Positions 1 to 9,108 of a DNA stretch of 64,000 bases are shown here, piece by piece (the stretch's first letter is position 1; each line of letters begins with the position of its first letter). The stretch lies in NCBI GenBank assembly GCA_965216875.1, contig OZ244207.1, positions 7,040,001 to 7,104,000 of the forward strand, written 5' to 3'. The notes below the pieces were generated by a model that was not told where the DNA came from, ran no database searches, and saw nothing but the letters and a program-made list of their open reading frames with translations. Origin of the DNA: Rubripirellula sp. (lineage in GTDB: Bacteria; Planctomycetota; Planctomycetia; Pirellulales; Pirellulaceae). The position numbers were made by a program, and so were the translations under genes.

Positions 1-1
1 C

Positions 2-727
2 CTGACAAAGGCGTACGAGCTCAAGAGCGAAACCGTGCGCGCCCTGCGGGGTGTTTCGTTTGATGTTCCTGAAGGTGACTACGTCGCCATCATGGGACCA
101 TCGGGTAGCGGCAAGAGTACGCTGCTGAACTTGCTCGGTTGCCTCGATAAACCAACCAGCGGAAGTCTGTTGCTTGGCGACGACGACATCGCATTGATGT
201 CGGATGATCAGCTCGCCGAAATCCGAAGCGAGCGGATTGGTTTCGTCTTTCAGTCGTACAACCTGATTCAACAGTTGACGGTGGTCGAAAACATCCAAGT
301 GCCCCTTTATTACCAAGGGCGTCTGGGTACCGAGGAACACGAGCGAGCCATCATGTTGGCCCAGCGAGTTGGACTTGGCGAACGGTTGGACCATCGGCCG
401 ACTCAGCTCTCCGGTGGTCAGCAGCAACGTGTGGCGATCGCTCGCAGCCTGGTGAATGATCCCTTCTTTGTCCTTGCTGACGAACCGACCGGGAACCTCG
501 ATTCGATCACGACCGACGAGATCTTGGCGATCTTTGATGCCCTCAATGACGAAGGTCGCACGATCATTCTTGTGACACACGAAGATGACGTTGCTGAACG
601 GGCCAAACGCATCGTGCGTTTGAAGGACGGCATGTTGCACACCGACGAGATGGTTTCTGAAGATCGCCGTTCGGCGGCACGCGCGGCTCAGAAAGCTGCC
701 GTCGCGGAATTAAAGGCGAGAGAGTAG
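2..727 (+). CDS. ABC transporter ATP-binding protein (MacB/LolD-like), 5'-partial
   Basis: Walker A GPSGSGKST, LSGGQQQRVAIAR, Walker B ADEPTGNLD; frame is open back to the window edge (LTKAYELKSETVRAL). Confidence 0.95.
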   Translation: MTKAYELKSETVRALRGVSFDVPEGDYVAIMGPSGSGKSTLLNLLGCLDKPTSGSLLLGDDDIALMSDDQLAEIRSERIGFVFQSYNLIQQLTVVENIQVPLYYQGRLGTEEHERAIMLAQRVGLGERLDHRPTQLSGGQQQRVAIARSLVNDPFFVLADEPTGNLDSITTDEILAIFDALNDEGRTIILVTHEDDVAERAKRIVRLKDGMLHTDEMVSEDRRSAARAAQKAAVAELKARE

Positions 728-741
728 AGGCTGCGAGTCAA

Positions 742-2073
742 ATGCTTTGGCTAAGAACATGGCAGCTGGGAATCAAGAGCCTTGCCCTTCACCCGCTGCG
801 TACCGGACTCACCATGCTTGGCATCATGATTGGTGTCTGGGCTGTGATTGTGTTGACGGCGGTAAGCCAAGGGGCCAGCAATCAAGTCCAAAAGCAAATC
901 GAATCGCTCGGGTCGACCACGATCATCGTTCGCAGCCAAAAGCCGCCGGACGACAAACTGACCGGCATGCGAGTCAGTCAGTACGGATTGCTTCGAAGCG
1001 ATTTGGACAAGATCTTGGGTACCGTTCCGACGATCGATCGCGCGATCCCCATTCGTGAAATTCGTCGTCAATTCACCTATCGTGATCGAGTGGTCGACGG
1101 TCGCCTTGTCGGCTGCACGCCCGGTTACGCCGACGTGAACCATCTTAAGATTCGCGATGGTGGTGGACGCTTTCTCTCTGATGCCGACGAGATCAAAGCC
1201 GATACGGTTTGTGTGATTTCGGCCGGTGTCGCCGATCGTCTCTTTCCGTACGAAGAGCCACTTGGAAAACGAGTCAACGTTCCCGAAAGTAGCGACAAGT
1301 ACAAAATCGTCGGTGTCCTTGAGCATCGCAATCCATCCGCAGCCATTGGTGGGTCGCTCGATTCACAAGACTTTTCGTCCGACATCTACATCCCGATGCA
1401 AACGCTGCGCAAGCGAATCGGGGACACGATCGTGACTCGCCGAAGCGGTCAGTTCCAAGCAGAAATGATGGAGCTGAATCAAATCACTCTCCAGGCCGAG
1501 TCGCAGGACAAAGTGCGCATCACGGCGGCGATGATCGAAGATCTTCTCGAGCCCACCCACGGCGAGATGAACGATATCGCGGTGGTTGTGCCGCTGGAAC
1601 TGCTCGAACAGGCACGCAACATGGAACTGATGTTCCTCGGGATTGGGATTTTGATCGCGTGTATCTCGCTGATGGTCGGTGGCATTGGCATCATGAACAT
1701 CATGTTGGCGAGCGTCACCGAACGGACTCGTGAAATCGGTATTCGCCGCGCACTCGGTGCCAAACGAGGTGACATCACACGTCAGTTCCTGGTCGAAACG
1801 ATCGTGTTGAGCTTTGCCGGCGCGATCATGGGGATTCTTATCGGATTCTTGAGCTTGCCGCTTTACCGGTTGGCGATCTGGGGCGTTCGGACCGGTTTGC
1901 CCGACCAATTCAACGCACTGCCGGAAGCGATTCGTGAAGCGGAACCTTCGATCGTCTATTGGACCATCCCACTTGCCGTGTTGATCGCCGTCGCCGTAGG
2001 CTTGCTCAGCGGACTCTACCCCGCAGTGCGAGCTGCCAAGATGAATCCGATCGAAGCACTGCGTCACGAGTAG
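742..2073 (+). CDS. ABC transporter permease, MacB/FtsX family
   Basis: N-terminal LRTGLTMLGIMIGV TM; GGIGIMNIMLASVTERTREIGIRRALGA; C-terminal YPAVRAAKMNPIEALRHE. Confidence 0.95.
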   Translation: MLWLRTWQLGIKSLALHPLRTGLTMLGIMIGVWAVIVLTAVSQGASNQVQKQIESLGSTTIIVRSQKPPDDKLTGMRVSQYGLLRSDLDKILGTVPTIDRAIPIREIRRQFTYRDRVVDGRLVGCTPGYADVNHLKIRDGGGRFLSDADEIKADTVCVISAGVADRLFPYEEPLGKRVNVPESSDKYKIVGVLEHRNPSAAIGGSLDSQDFSSDIYIPMQTLRKRIGDTIVTRRSGQFQAEMMELNQITLQAESQDKVRITAAMIEDLLEPTHGEMNDIAVVVPLELLEQARNMELMFLGIGILIACISLMVGGIGIMNIMLASVTERTREIGIRRALGAKRGDITRQFLVETIVLSFAGAIMGILIGFLSLPLYRLAIWGVRTGLPDQFNALPEAIREAEPSIVYWTIPLAVLIAVAVGLLSGLYPAVRAAKMNPIEALRHE

Positions 2074-2113
2074 CAGCGAAGTTTTGCAATGGCAGGCCTG
2101 ATCTAAAAGGCAG

Positions 2114-3016
2114 ATGGGGATGAAGTCGTTCTTTTCACGCGATCGGTCTCGAATGCTGATCGTGATGGCGGCTTTGCTGTGGAGCACGAGCGGTTTCTTT
2201 GCCAAGGCACCATGGTTTGACACGTGGCCAGAAGAGTCGCGTGGTGTGGCGCTCACGTTTTGGCGGAGCGTCTTTGCCGCGATCACGGTGTTGCCGTTTA
2301 TTCGGCGCCCTGAATTTCGGCTGGCGATGGTTCCCATGTCGCTGTCATTCACCGCCATGACATACACGTTCTTGGTTGCGATGGTGGCCGGATCGGAAAC
2401 CACAACGATCTGGTTGCAGTACGTGGGGCCCGCGTGGGTCGCTTTGGCTGGTTGGTTTGGGCTGGGAGATCGACCGCGGCGAAGCGATGCCGTGATGGTG
2501 GGCTGGGCGCTGCTCGGAATCTCAACCATCGTCTTGATGGAATCGATGTACGGGCCTCAGGCCGGTGCGGGAGTGCTTTGGGGGCCGGTTGGCCTGGCGC
2601 TGTTGTCTGGGCTGATGTACACCGGCGTGATCCTTTCACTGAGGCATTTGCGCGGTGTCGATGTTGCTTGGCTCGGATTCGTCAATCACTTCGTCAGTTG
2701 TTTGTTGCTCGCACCACTTGTGATTGGGAAAGTGCCGATTCCAGAAGGTGTTCAGTGGTTGGCATTGATGTTTTTTGGGTCGGTGCAACTGGCGATCCCG
2801 TACATGATTTTTGCCTGGGCAATTCGCGACGTCGAAAGCAACGAAGCATCGTTGATCACGTTGATCGAACCGCTGGCCGTACCCATGTGGGTCTTCATTG
2901 CTTGGCGGCACCATCCAAGTTACGAGCTGCCCAATTGGTGGACGCTCGTTGGTGCGCTCTTTATCGCAACCGGATTCGTTTGGCGTTATGGAATTGCCAA
3001 ACGTAACAAGGGTTGA
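2114..3016 (+). CDS. EamA/DMT family transporter
   Basis: About 10 TM helices; AALLWSTSG and ASLITLIEP motifs. Confidence 0.85.
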   Translation: MGMKSFFSRDRSRMLIVMAALLWSTSGFFAKAPWFDTWPEESRGVALTFWRSVFAAITVLPFIRRPEFRLAMVPMSLSFTAMTYTFLVAMVAGSETTTIWLQYVGPAWVALAGWFGLGDRPRRSDAVMVGWALLGISTIVLMESMYGPQAGAGVLWGPVGLALLSGLMYTGVILSLRHLRGVDVAWLGFVNHFVSCLLLAPLVIGKVPIPEGVQWLALMFFGSVQLAIPYMIFAWAIRDVESNEASLITLIEPLAVPMWVFIAWRHHPSYELPNWWTLVGALFIATGFVWRYGIAKRNKG

Positions 3017-3022
3017 CGCGGA

Positions 3023-3877
3023 TCAACGCCGCGCGACGACGCGGTGAAAGTGCAAGTAGACTTCGCGGTCGACGACACGGCGAACGCCCTCTACCAAACA
3101 TTGCGGTTCGTTTTCGCATTCGCCGCGACGAATCACCTCGGCAAGCGGAGTGCCCGGTGCGACGGCAAACGTTTGTTGGTTGACCGTTTGATTGCCTGCA
3201 TCGAGTTCGGGAATGATGAAGTGGCAGGTCGCGCCAAAGGTCAACATCCGAGCGTTGTAGGCATCGTGGTAGGGACGAAAACCGGGGAATCCTGGCAAGA
3301 GTCCATGATGTAAATTGATGATTCTTCCACCGGCAAATTGCCAACAGGTCGATGGTGGCAAGATGCGCATGTATCGAGCAAGAATCACGTAGTCGACATC
3401 AAATTCATCGAGGACGGCGACCATTTCATCATCATCGGCGGCGCCCTTTTCATTGCCAATCATCCGAAACGGAACATCAAATTGGTTGGCGAGCGGTTCG
3501 AGCTTATTCCGGTTTGAAATCACCACCGCTGCTTCGGCATTGATTCCGCCGGATGCCATTGCAGAGAGAACGGCTTTGGGGGTGTGCTCCAAATAGGTGC
3601 AACAGATCGCGAGCTTGGGTCGGTTCGCCCGCAACTCGCTGCTCCAAACGCGAATGGCAAGACGGGTGTGCTCGCCGATCTGACGCATGGCGTCCTTGAG
3701 CGGTTCGAATTCGGACTCGTCGATGTCGATTCGACAAAGCATCGCGAAAACGTGCTCTTCGTCGTGGTCGTACATTTGGATTTCGGCAATCCGTGCCCCT
3801 CGTCCGGTGACGTGGTGAATGATCGGATCGGCCAATCCCACGTTGTCTGGACCCAAGGCGGTGATGACGACTTCCAC
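3023..3877 (-). CDS. purU: formyltetrahydrofolate deformylase
   Basis: N-terminal ACT domain (VITALGPDNVGL); LARYMRIL, INLHHGLLPGFPGFRPY, GATCHF; GTG start at 3877 inferred. Confidence 0.9.
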   Translation of the reverse strand: MEVVITALGPDNVGLADPIIHHVTGRGARIAEIQMYDHDEEHVFAMLCRIDIDESEFEPLKDAMRQIGEHTRLAIRVWSSELRANRPKLAICCTYLEHTPKAVLSAMASGGINAEAAVVISNRNKLEPLANQFDVPFRMIGNEKGAADDDEMVAVLDEFDVDYVILARYMRILPPSTCWQFAGGRIINLHHGLLPGFPGFRPYHDAYNARMLTFGATCHFIIPELDAGNQTVNQQTFAVAPGTPLAEVIRRGECENEPQCLVEGVRRVVDREVYLHFHRVVARR

Positions 3878-4062
3878 GAAAAACCTCCAAAAACGGCGAA
3901 ACCGAGTGCTGAGAAGCTGTATTGGTAGCCGGAATGAGCTGGCAGCGATAGAGGATTTGATCCAAGACTGACCGCGGCCCAACGCTCCCTAGCTGTAACA
4001 AAACGTCGTGCTTTGGTAATGTCTACGCGAGAAAAAGAGACATCCCAACCAGGAATTGCACC

Positions 4063-4557
4063 GTGCCGAGCACCTCCCTGCCCGTCGCCCAAACCAAGTC
4101 GCCAGGCGGTCGCGTCAAGCTTCGCCGAGCCGACTATCCCGACTCGACCAATTTGTGCGAACACTGCACCGCCAAGTGTTGTCACTATTTCGCCTTGCCG
4201 ATCGACGAGCCAGGTGATCGACGCGACTTTGACTTCATGCGTTGGTACCTCTTGCATGACCGGGCGAGCGTGTTTGTTGATAACGATGTTTGGTACTTGC
4301 TGGTCCACACAACCTGCAAACATCTCCGTGACGATTATCGTTGTGGCATCTACGAAACACGTCCTCAGATCTGCCGTGAATACACAACGGACGATTGTGA
4401 GTTCGAAGATGACTGGTGCTACGAACAGTACTTTGAAACGCCCGAGCAAATCGACGAATACGCCGACGCGATGTATGGGCCTCAGTTCCCGCAGTCCGAG
4501 TTGTCCGACTTCGATTCCATTCGCAGTCGCAAGCCAACCTCGTTGCCGACTGTTTGA
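4063..4557 (+). CDS. YkgJ-family cysteine-cluster (CxxCxxCC) protein
   Basis: CEHCTAKCC...CKHL...CGIYETRPQICREY pattern. Confidence 0.85.
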   Translation: MPSTSLPVAQTKSPGGRVKLRRADYPDSTNLCEHCTAKCCHYFALPIDEPGDRRDFDFMRWYLLHDRASVFVDNDVWYLLVHTTCKHLRDDYRCGIYETRPQICREYTTDDCEFEDDWCYEQYFETPEQIDEYADAMYGPQFPQSELSDFDSIRSRKPTSLPTV

Positions 4558-4596
4558 CACAACCATTAACCAGATTGACCTGAGACATAAACGACC

Positions 4597-5928
4597 ATGT
4601 CGTTGATCCAACCTCGGACCCTGAAGGGTTTTCGCGACTACTTGCCAGCGGTGATGATTCCACGCGAGCAGTTGATGCAAACTGCTCGTGAGGTTTTTCG
4701 AACGTTCGGATTCGCACCGATCGACACGCCGACTCTGGAATACCTTGAAGTATTGACCGGCAAAGGAAGCGACGAAACCGATCGCCAAATCTATCGCTTT
4801 CAAGACAACGGCGGGCGCGACGTAGGGATGCGGTTTGACTTGACCGTTCCGCTGGCCCGCTTTGCGGCCCAACACATCGGCAAGTTGGGCACGCCCTTCA
4901 AGCGATACCACATCGCGCCCGTTTGGCGTGGCGAGAACCCGCAAGCAGGACGCTATCGCGAGTTTGTGCAATGCGATTTTGACACGATTGGTACGGAGTC
5001 GATTCTTGCTGATATCGAGGCGGTTGCGGTGATCAATCGACTTCTCGAGACGATCGGGTTTGATCGGTTCACCATCAGCATCAACAACCGCACAGTGCTC
5101 ACCGGCTTGCTGGAGCACCTCGGTTTGGCTGATCGCAGCGTGCCCGTCCTGCGAAGTCTCGACAAGCTCGGAAAGATCGGTCGCGAAAAGACGGCTGCCG
5201 AGATGTGCGAGGCTGCCGAGATCGATGCGGCCGCTGCGGATCAAGTTTTGAAACTTGCCGAGTGTGACGGTGACGCGGAATCGGTTTTTTCTCAGTTGCC
5301 CGAGATCACCGGTGGCAATGAAAAGGCCGCCAAAGGGATCGAACGCCTCAAGAATATTTACGAAGGTGCGGTCGCCGCTGGCGTCCCATCGCGACGGCTG
5401 AAGGTCGACGTTTCCATTGCACGCGGGTTGGACTACTACACTGGCGTGATCTTCGAAACGACGCTCGATGATTTGCCAAAGATCGGCAGCGTTTGCAGCG
5501 GCGGACGCTACGACAACCTCGCTGGGCTCTACACCAAGCAACACCTTCCAGGGATCGGCGCATCGTTGGGCTTGGATCGGCTATTGGCCGCGATGGAAGC
5601 GCTTGAGTTGCTTCCGACGGCTTCAACGCCCGCGCCTGTGTTTGTTCCGTTCTTTGACAAGGATTTCCGCAACGATTACCTGCGGCTTGCGGCCAACCTG
5701 CGGGCGGCGGGGATTAGCACGGAAGTCTATCCCGATCCAAAGAAGCTCGGGCAACAGCTCAAGTATGCCGATGCCCATGGGTTCGCGATTGCATTGGTGA
5801 TCGGTGGCAACGAGTGGGCTGAAAACCGATGCCAAGTGAAGGTGTTGGCGACGCAGGAGAAAGAAGAAGTGGCCTACAGCCACGATGATCCTGCCGCCCT
5901 CGTCGAGCGGATCAAGGCATTGCTGTGA
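4597..5928 (+). CDS. hisS: histidine--tRNA ligase
   Basis: PRTLKGFRD, RFDLTVPLARF, GRYREFVQCDFD, ARGLDYYTG, GGRYDNL; C-terminal anticodon-binding domain. Confidence 0.97.
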   Translation: MSLIQPRTLKGFRDYLPAVMIPREQLMQTAREVFRTFGFAPIDTPTLEYLEVLTGKGSDETDRQIYRFQDNGGRDVGMRFDLTVPLARFAAQHIGKLGTPFKRYHIAPVWRGENPQAGRYREFVQCDFDTIGTESILADIEAVAVINRLLETIGFDRFTISINNRTVLTGLLEHLGLADRSVPVLRSLDKLGKIGREKTAAEMCEAAEIDAAAADQVLKLAECDGDAESVFSQLPEITGGNEKAAKGIERLKNIYEGAVAAGVPSRRLKVDVSIARGLDYYTGVIFETTLDDLPKIGSVCSGGRYDNLAGLYTKQHLPGIGASLGLDRLLAAMEALELLPTASTPAPVFVPFFDKDFRNDYLRLAANLRAAGISTEVYPDPKKLGQQLKYADAHGFAIALVIGGNEWAENRCQVKVLATQEKEEVAYSHDDPAALVERIKALL

Positions 5929-5959
5929 GCCGAACGCGCTAGCGTCGGGCCTTACACTC
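5925..5959 (+). repeat. REP-like family A (GTGAGCCGAACGCGCTAGCGTCGGGCC[TTACACTC])
   Basis: Near-identical copies at 5925, 6094, 13933/13981(inv), 24547, 36051(inv), 38010/38051(inv), 58278/58359(inv); degenerate copies at about 43293 and 56930. Confidence 0.9.
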
Positions 5960-5962
5960 AAC

Positions 5963-6040
5963 GTAGCTACGCTCGCCAGAGCGTGGTGATGTTGGAAAGC
6001 GGCCGATCAACGGAAGCCACCTTCTGGCGAAGGTAGCTAC
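5963..6040. repeat. GTAG-type REP doublet (REPIN-like), family B
   Basis: GTAGCTACGCTCGCCAGAGCGTGG...CCACCTTCTGGCGAAGGTAGCTAC; same doublet with a similar spacer at 36237-36313 and 47701-47778. Confidence 0.88.
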
Positions 6041-6093
6041 GGGGGCGTGAGCGGGACGCGGAATCCCGGCGGCGAGTGCCTTGCCGCTCGCCC

Positions 6094-6128
6094 GTGAGCC
6101 GAACGCGCTAGCGTCGGGCCTTACACTC
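6094..6128 (+). repeat. REP-like family A copy
   Basis: Identical to 5925-5959. Confidence 0.9.
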
Positions 6129-6153
6129 GACAGCCCGCAATGCGAATGCTTGA

Positions 6154-6172
6154 CATGCGGAGCATGACCTAC
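6154..6172 (-). repeat. GTAG-type REP family G (GTAGGTCATGCTCCGCATG)
   Basis: Second copy at 17536-17556; degenerate copy at 47665-47685. Confidence 0.7.
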
Positions 6173-6177
6173 GAACG

Positions 6178-6228
6178 GGACGCGGAGCGTCCGAAGAGTG
6201 TGTGACCACGCTCCGCGTGGTCACGAGG
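6178..6228 (+). repeat. two-hairpin repeat family F (GGACGCGGAGCGTCC...GTGACCACGCTCCGCGTGGTCACGAGG)
   Basis: Inverted homolog at 36175-36224; partial copy near 37985. Confidence 0.75.
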
Positions 6229-6250
6229 TCGAACCAGGATGACGACCATG

Positions 6251-7231
6251 TCACCTCGGGTATCGAATCACGTCTCGTTTTCCACCAGGATGCGTGAACT
6301 CGATTTCGAGACGCGTAACGGTGCCAGCGCGAATCGCGGTATCGACACGGTCAATGTCACCCTGTGATCGTGCAGCCGTGCCATTGATGGAACGAATGAC
6401 TGTGCCTCGTTTGGCCAATCCAAGTTGCTGTGCCAATCCGTCACTAGTGCCATGTGAGACGATCAGGCCGGTGTTGTTGCGAAACACCTTCAACCCTAGT
6501 GGTTTGAGCTTGACCGATGGCGGTCGTGGTGTTGGTGAGGGGGTGTTGGATTGGGTCAATCGAATGTTGTAGGGGCGTCCGTTTCGAATCAGCCGAAGGA
6601 GGATCACGCCGTTTCGATAGACGTACGCACGTGCCGCTCCGTCGGTCGTGGAAACGGGAATTCGGTTGACTGAATCGAGCACATCGCCGGCGCGGATTCC
6701 GCGTCGATCTCCTAGCCCCCGCGGCACAACTCGGATCACACGCACCTGTTGACCGCTAAGCGTTTGGACAACCTCCAAGTCGATCTGCAGATCGGGGCCT
6801 CGTTGATTGCCCGGATAAATGGGGCCAACCGGTAACGAAGGGATTCCCGGAATGATGGGCGGGCCAATGGGGCCGACGACTGGACCGATCGGAGACACGG
6901 CGTTGCCAAGCGTGATGCGCTGGCCGCGACGACTGACAACAAGCGCCACCCTGCCCCGCCCCGACGCGATCGCGCGTTCGTTGTTGACGGCATCACCCGG
7001 AGGCAAGCCGTTGACACTGATGATTTCGTCGCCGGGGAAGACACCTAGGCGACTCGCCAGACCTCCGGGGACAACCGTTCGCACTTGAAGCGTTGGTGGT
7101 CCGACCGGGCCCGAGAGCAGGTTGCCAACCACGCCCAGCCCTTGGCTTTGAGCCGTGCTGCTAGCGACAAGGGCCAGAACACCAAACGAAAGCAAACGTG
7201 CACTGAAAGAGTGTGTGATCTTGCCAATCAT
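6251..7231 (-). CDS. secreted multi-PDZ domain protein (about 3 PDZ-like domains, Pro/Gly-rich linkers)
   Basis: Signal peptide (LLSFGVLALVASSTAQS); VVPGGLASRLGVFPGDEIISVNG, GIRAGDVLDSVN, GTVIRSING; ATG at 7231 with purine-rich upstream sequence. Confidence 0.75.
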   Translation of the reverse strand: MIGKITHSFSARLLSFGVLALVASSTAQSQGLGVVGNLLSGPVGPPTLQVRTVVPGGLASRLGVFPGDEIISVNGLPPGDAVNNERAIASGRGRVALVVSRRGQRITLGNAVSPIGPVVGPIGPPIIPGIPSLPVGPIYPGNQRGPDLQIDLEVVQTLSGQQVRVIRVVPRGLGDRRGIRAGDVLDSVNRIPVSTTDGAARAYVYRNGVILLRLIRNGRPYNIRLTQSNTPSPTPRPPSVKLKPLGLKVFRNNTGLIVSHGTSDGLAQQLGLAKRGTVIRSINGTAARSQGDIDRVDTAIRAGTVTRLEIEFTHPGGKRDVIRYPR

Positions 7232-7391
7232 GGTCGTGCCCTTCCCCCTGCGGCGCGTGGCCGACAAAGTTTCGTGGTGGAATGCTGAGAACATTTGGTG
7301 TTCAAGACACCAATGAACTACCATCCTGATCGTAAGTTGCCGAAATCGCCTGGTCAAACATCGATGAGATGTTTCAAGAGTAAGGAAAACA

Positions 7392-8972
7392 ATGCGTTTT
7401 AGAGTTTTTTGTGCGGGGTGGGCCATCGTCGCAAGCTGGATGATGCTCGCAGATTTGCGACCAGTTGCGGCCGAACCGGCACGTCCCAACGTTGTCTTGA
7501 TTTTGGTCGATGACATGGGGCTCCACGATTTGTCGTGCGAGGGCAGCACCTTTTACGAAAGTCCCAACATCGACAAGTTGGCGGCAACTGGGATGCGATT
7601 CACCCAAGGCTACGCGAATTGCCGAGTCTGTAGCCCTTCGCGAGCGAGTATCCAGTTGGGTCAATTCACGGCGCGACACGGCGTGACCAATTGGATCGGT
7701 GCCAAGAGTGGCATGGAGTGGAATCGTGCAGACCGACTCTTGCCTGCGGAATACGTGCACAATCTTCCCAGCGAAGATGAAACGCTTGCCGAGACGTTGA
7801 GCGAGGCAGGTTACAAAACGTTCTTTGCCGGTAAATGGCATCTGGGCGGCGATGGTTCGCATCCCGAAGATCATGGCTTTCAAGTCAACGTTGGCGGCCA
7901 TCATCGCGGAAGTCCACCAGGCGGTTTCTTTTCGCCCTACAACAATCCCAAAATGTCGAACGGCCCCAACGGAGAATCGCTGACGCTTCGATTGGGAGAC
8001 GAAACCGCCAACTTCATCAAGGCGAACAAAGAGCAACCCTTCTTCGCGATGCTCTCGTTCTATGCGGTGCATGCGCCGGTGCAGACGACTTCTGAGCTTT
8101 GGAAGAAGTACCAGAAAGCCGCCCCCGAACTACCAGAGGGAGCGCAACGATTTAAAGTCGACCGCACGTTGCCTGTACGCCAGGTACAAGATCACCCCGT
8201 TTACGCTGGAATGGTCGAGCTGACCGATCGCGCCGTCGGCAAGGTGCTCGATACGCTTGATGAAACGGGTTTGGCCGATTCGACAATTGTGATCTTTACC
8301 AGTGACAACGGTGGTGTTTCCTCCGGCGATGCATACGCCACCAGTAACCTGCCACTGCGCGGTGGAAAGGGTCGGCAGTGGGAAGGCGGGATTCGGGAAC
8401 CTTACTACATCCGCTATCCCAAAGTGACCAAGGCCAATACCACCTGCGATGTTGCGGTGACCGGCGCCGATTTTTACCCAACCATCCTCGATCTTTGTTC
8501 ATTGCCCGCTAAGCCCGATCAACATGTCGATGGGGTGTCGCTACGACCGCTACTCGAAGGTGGCAAGATCGATTCGCGTCCGCTGTATTGGCACTACCCC
8601 CACTATGACAACCAAGGTGGGGAACCGAGTTCGATCATTCGCGTCGGCGACTGGAAACTGATTCACTACTACGACGATGGACGCGACGAACTTTACCACT
8701 TGGCAGTCGATCCGAGCGAAGAAAGTGATCTCGCTCGGAGCTATCCGGCACGAACCAAAGAGCTGTCCGAGCAATTGTTGCAATGGCTCGAGTCGGTTGA
8801 TGCAAAGTTCCCTGAGCCTGACCCGAGATACAAGCCTGAAGTGACAGAAGCGAAGTTCCTACGTGCGCAAACGGTTCTCAAAGACCGGCTCGAAAAGACT
8901 CACGCGGCGATGCTTGATCCCCAATGGAAACCCAACCCAACGTGGTGGGGCAGTCAGGTGACCAAGGACTAA
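7392..8972 (+). CDS. sulfatase (formylglycine-dependent, family S1)
   Basis: PNVVLILVDDMG, CSPSRA, GKWHLG, TSDNGG, WEGGIREP; signal peptide. Confidence 0.95.
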   Translation: MRFRVFCAGWAIVASWMMLADLRPVAAEPARPNVVLILVDDMGLHDLSCEGSTFYESPNIDKLAATGMRFTQGYANCRVCSPSRASIQLGQFTARHGVTNWIGAKSGMEWNRADRLLPAEYVHNLPSEDETLAETLSEAGYKTFFAGKWHLGGDGSHPEDHGFQVNVGGHHRGSPPGGFFSPYNNPKMSNGPNGESLTLRLGDETANFIKANKEQPFFAMLSFYAVHAPVQTTSELWKKYQKAAPELPEGAQRFKVDRTLPVRQVQDHPVYAGMVELTDRAVGKVLDTLDETGLADSTIVIFTSDNGGVSSGDAYATSNLPLRGGKGRQWEGGIREPYYIRYPKVTKANTTCDVAVTGADFYPTILDLCSLPAKPDQHVDGVSLRPLLEGGKIDSRPLYWHYPHYDNQGGEPSSIIRVGDWKLIHYYDDGRDELYHLAVDPSEESDLARSYPARTKELSEQLLQWLESVDAKFPEPDPRYKPEVTEAKFLRAQTVLKDRLEKTHAAMLDPQWKPNPTWWGSQVTKD

Positions 8973-8973
8973 C

Positions 8974-9013
8974 GTAGGCCGGATCAAGGAGCGACAGCGA
9001 CGCGGATCCGGCA
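8974..9013 (+). repeat. GTAG-type REP family C (GTAGGCCGGATCAAGGAGCGACAGCGACGCGGATCCGGCA)
   Basis: Copies at 17333-17372 and inverted at 17381-17413. Confidence 0.85.
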
Positions 9014-9052
9014 TCCTGTTCTTAGTCTTACTTCAGAAGGAAGAGCCCGAAA

Positions 9053-9080
9053 ATTCCGGCTAAGGATCGGTACTACGAAC
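9053..9080 (-). repeat. GTAG-type REP family E (ATTCCGGCTAAAGCTCGGTACTACGAAC-like)
   Basis: Copies at 24593-24620 and as a doublet at 36330-36392. Confidence 0.75.
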
Positions 9081-9108
9081 GGTCGCGTTTGACCACGGCT
9101 CCGTCGCT

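Noticed and set aside
3520..5544. 674-aa minus-strand ORF (and similar long antisense ORFs, e.g. 1363-2529, 26760-28241, 46200-47279, 49422-50456)
   Set aside because: Shadow ORFs opposite well-supported genes in GC-rich DNA, with no motifs
5925..6128. Two identical 35-bp direct repeats as a possible mini CRISPR
   Set aside because: Only two units, 134 bp apart. The same repeat is dispersed genome-style in both orientations, and there are no cas genes, so it is REP-like.
7232..7549. N-terminal extension of the PDZ ORF
   Set aside because: Overlaps the divergent sulfatase start. A better start with SD-like sequence and signal peptide is at 7231.
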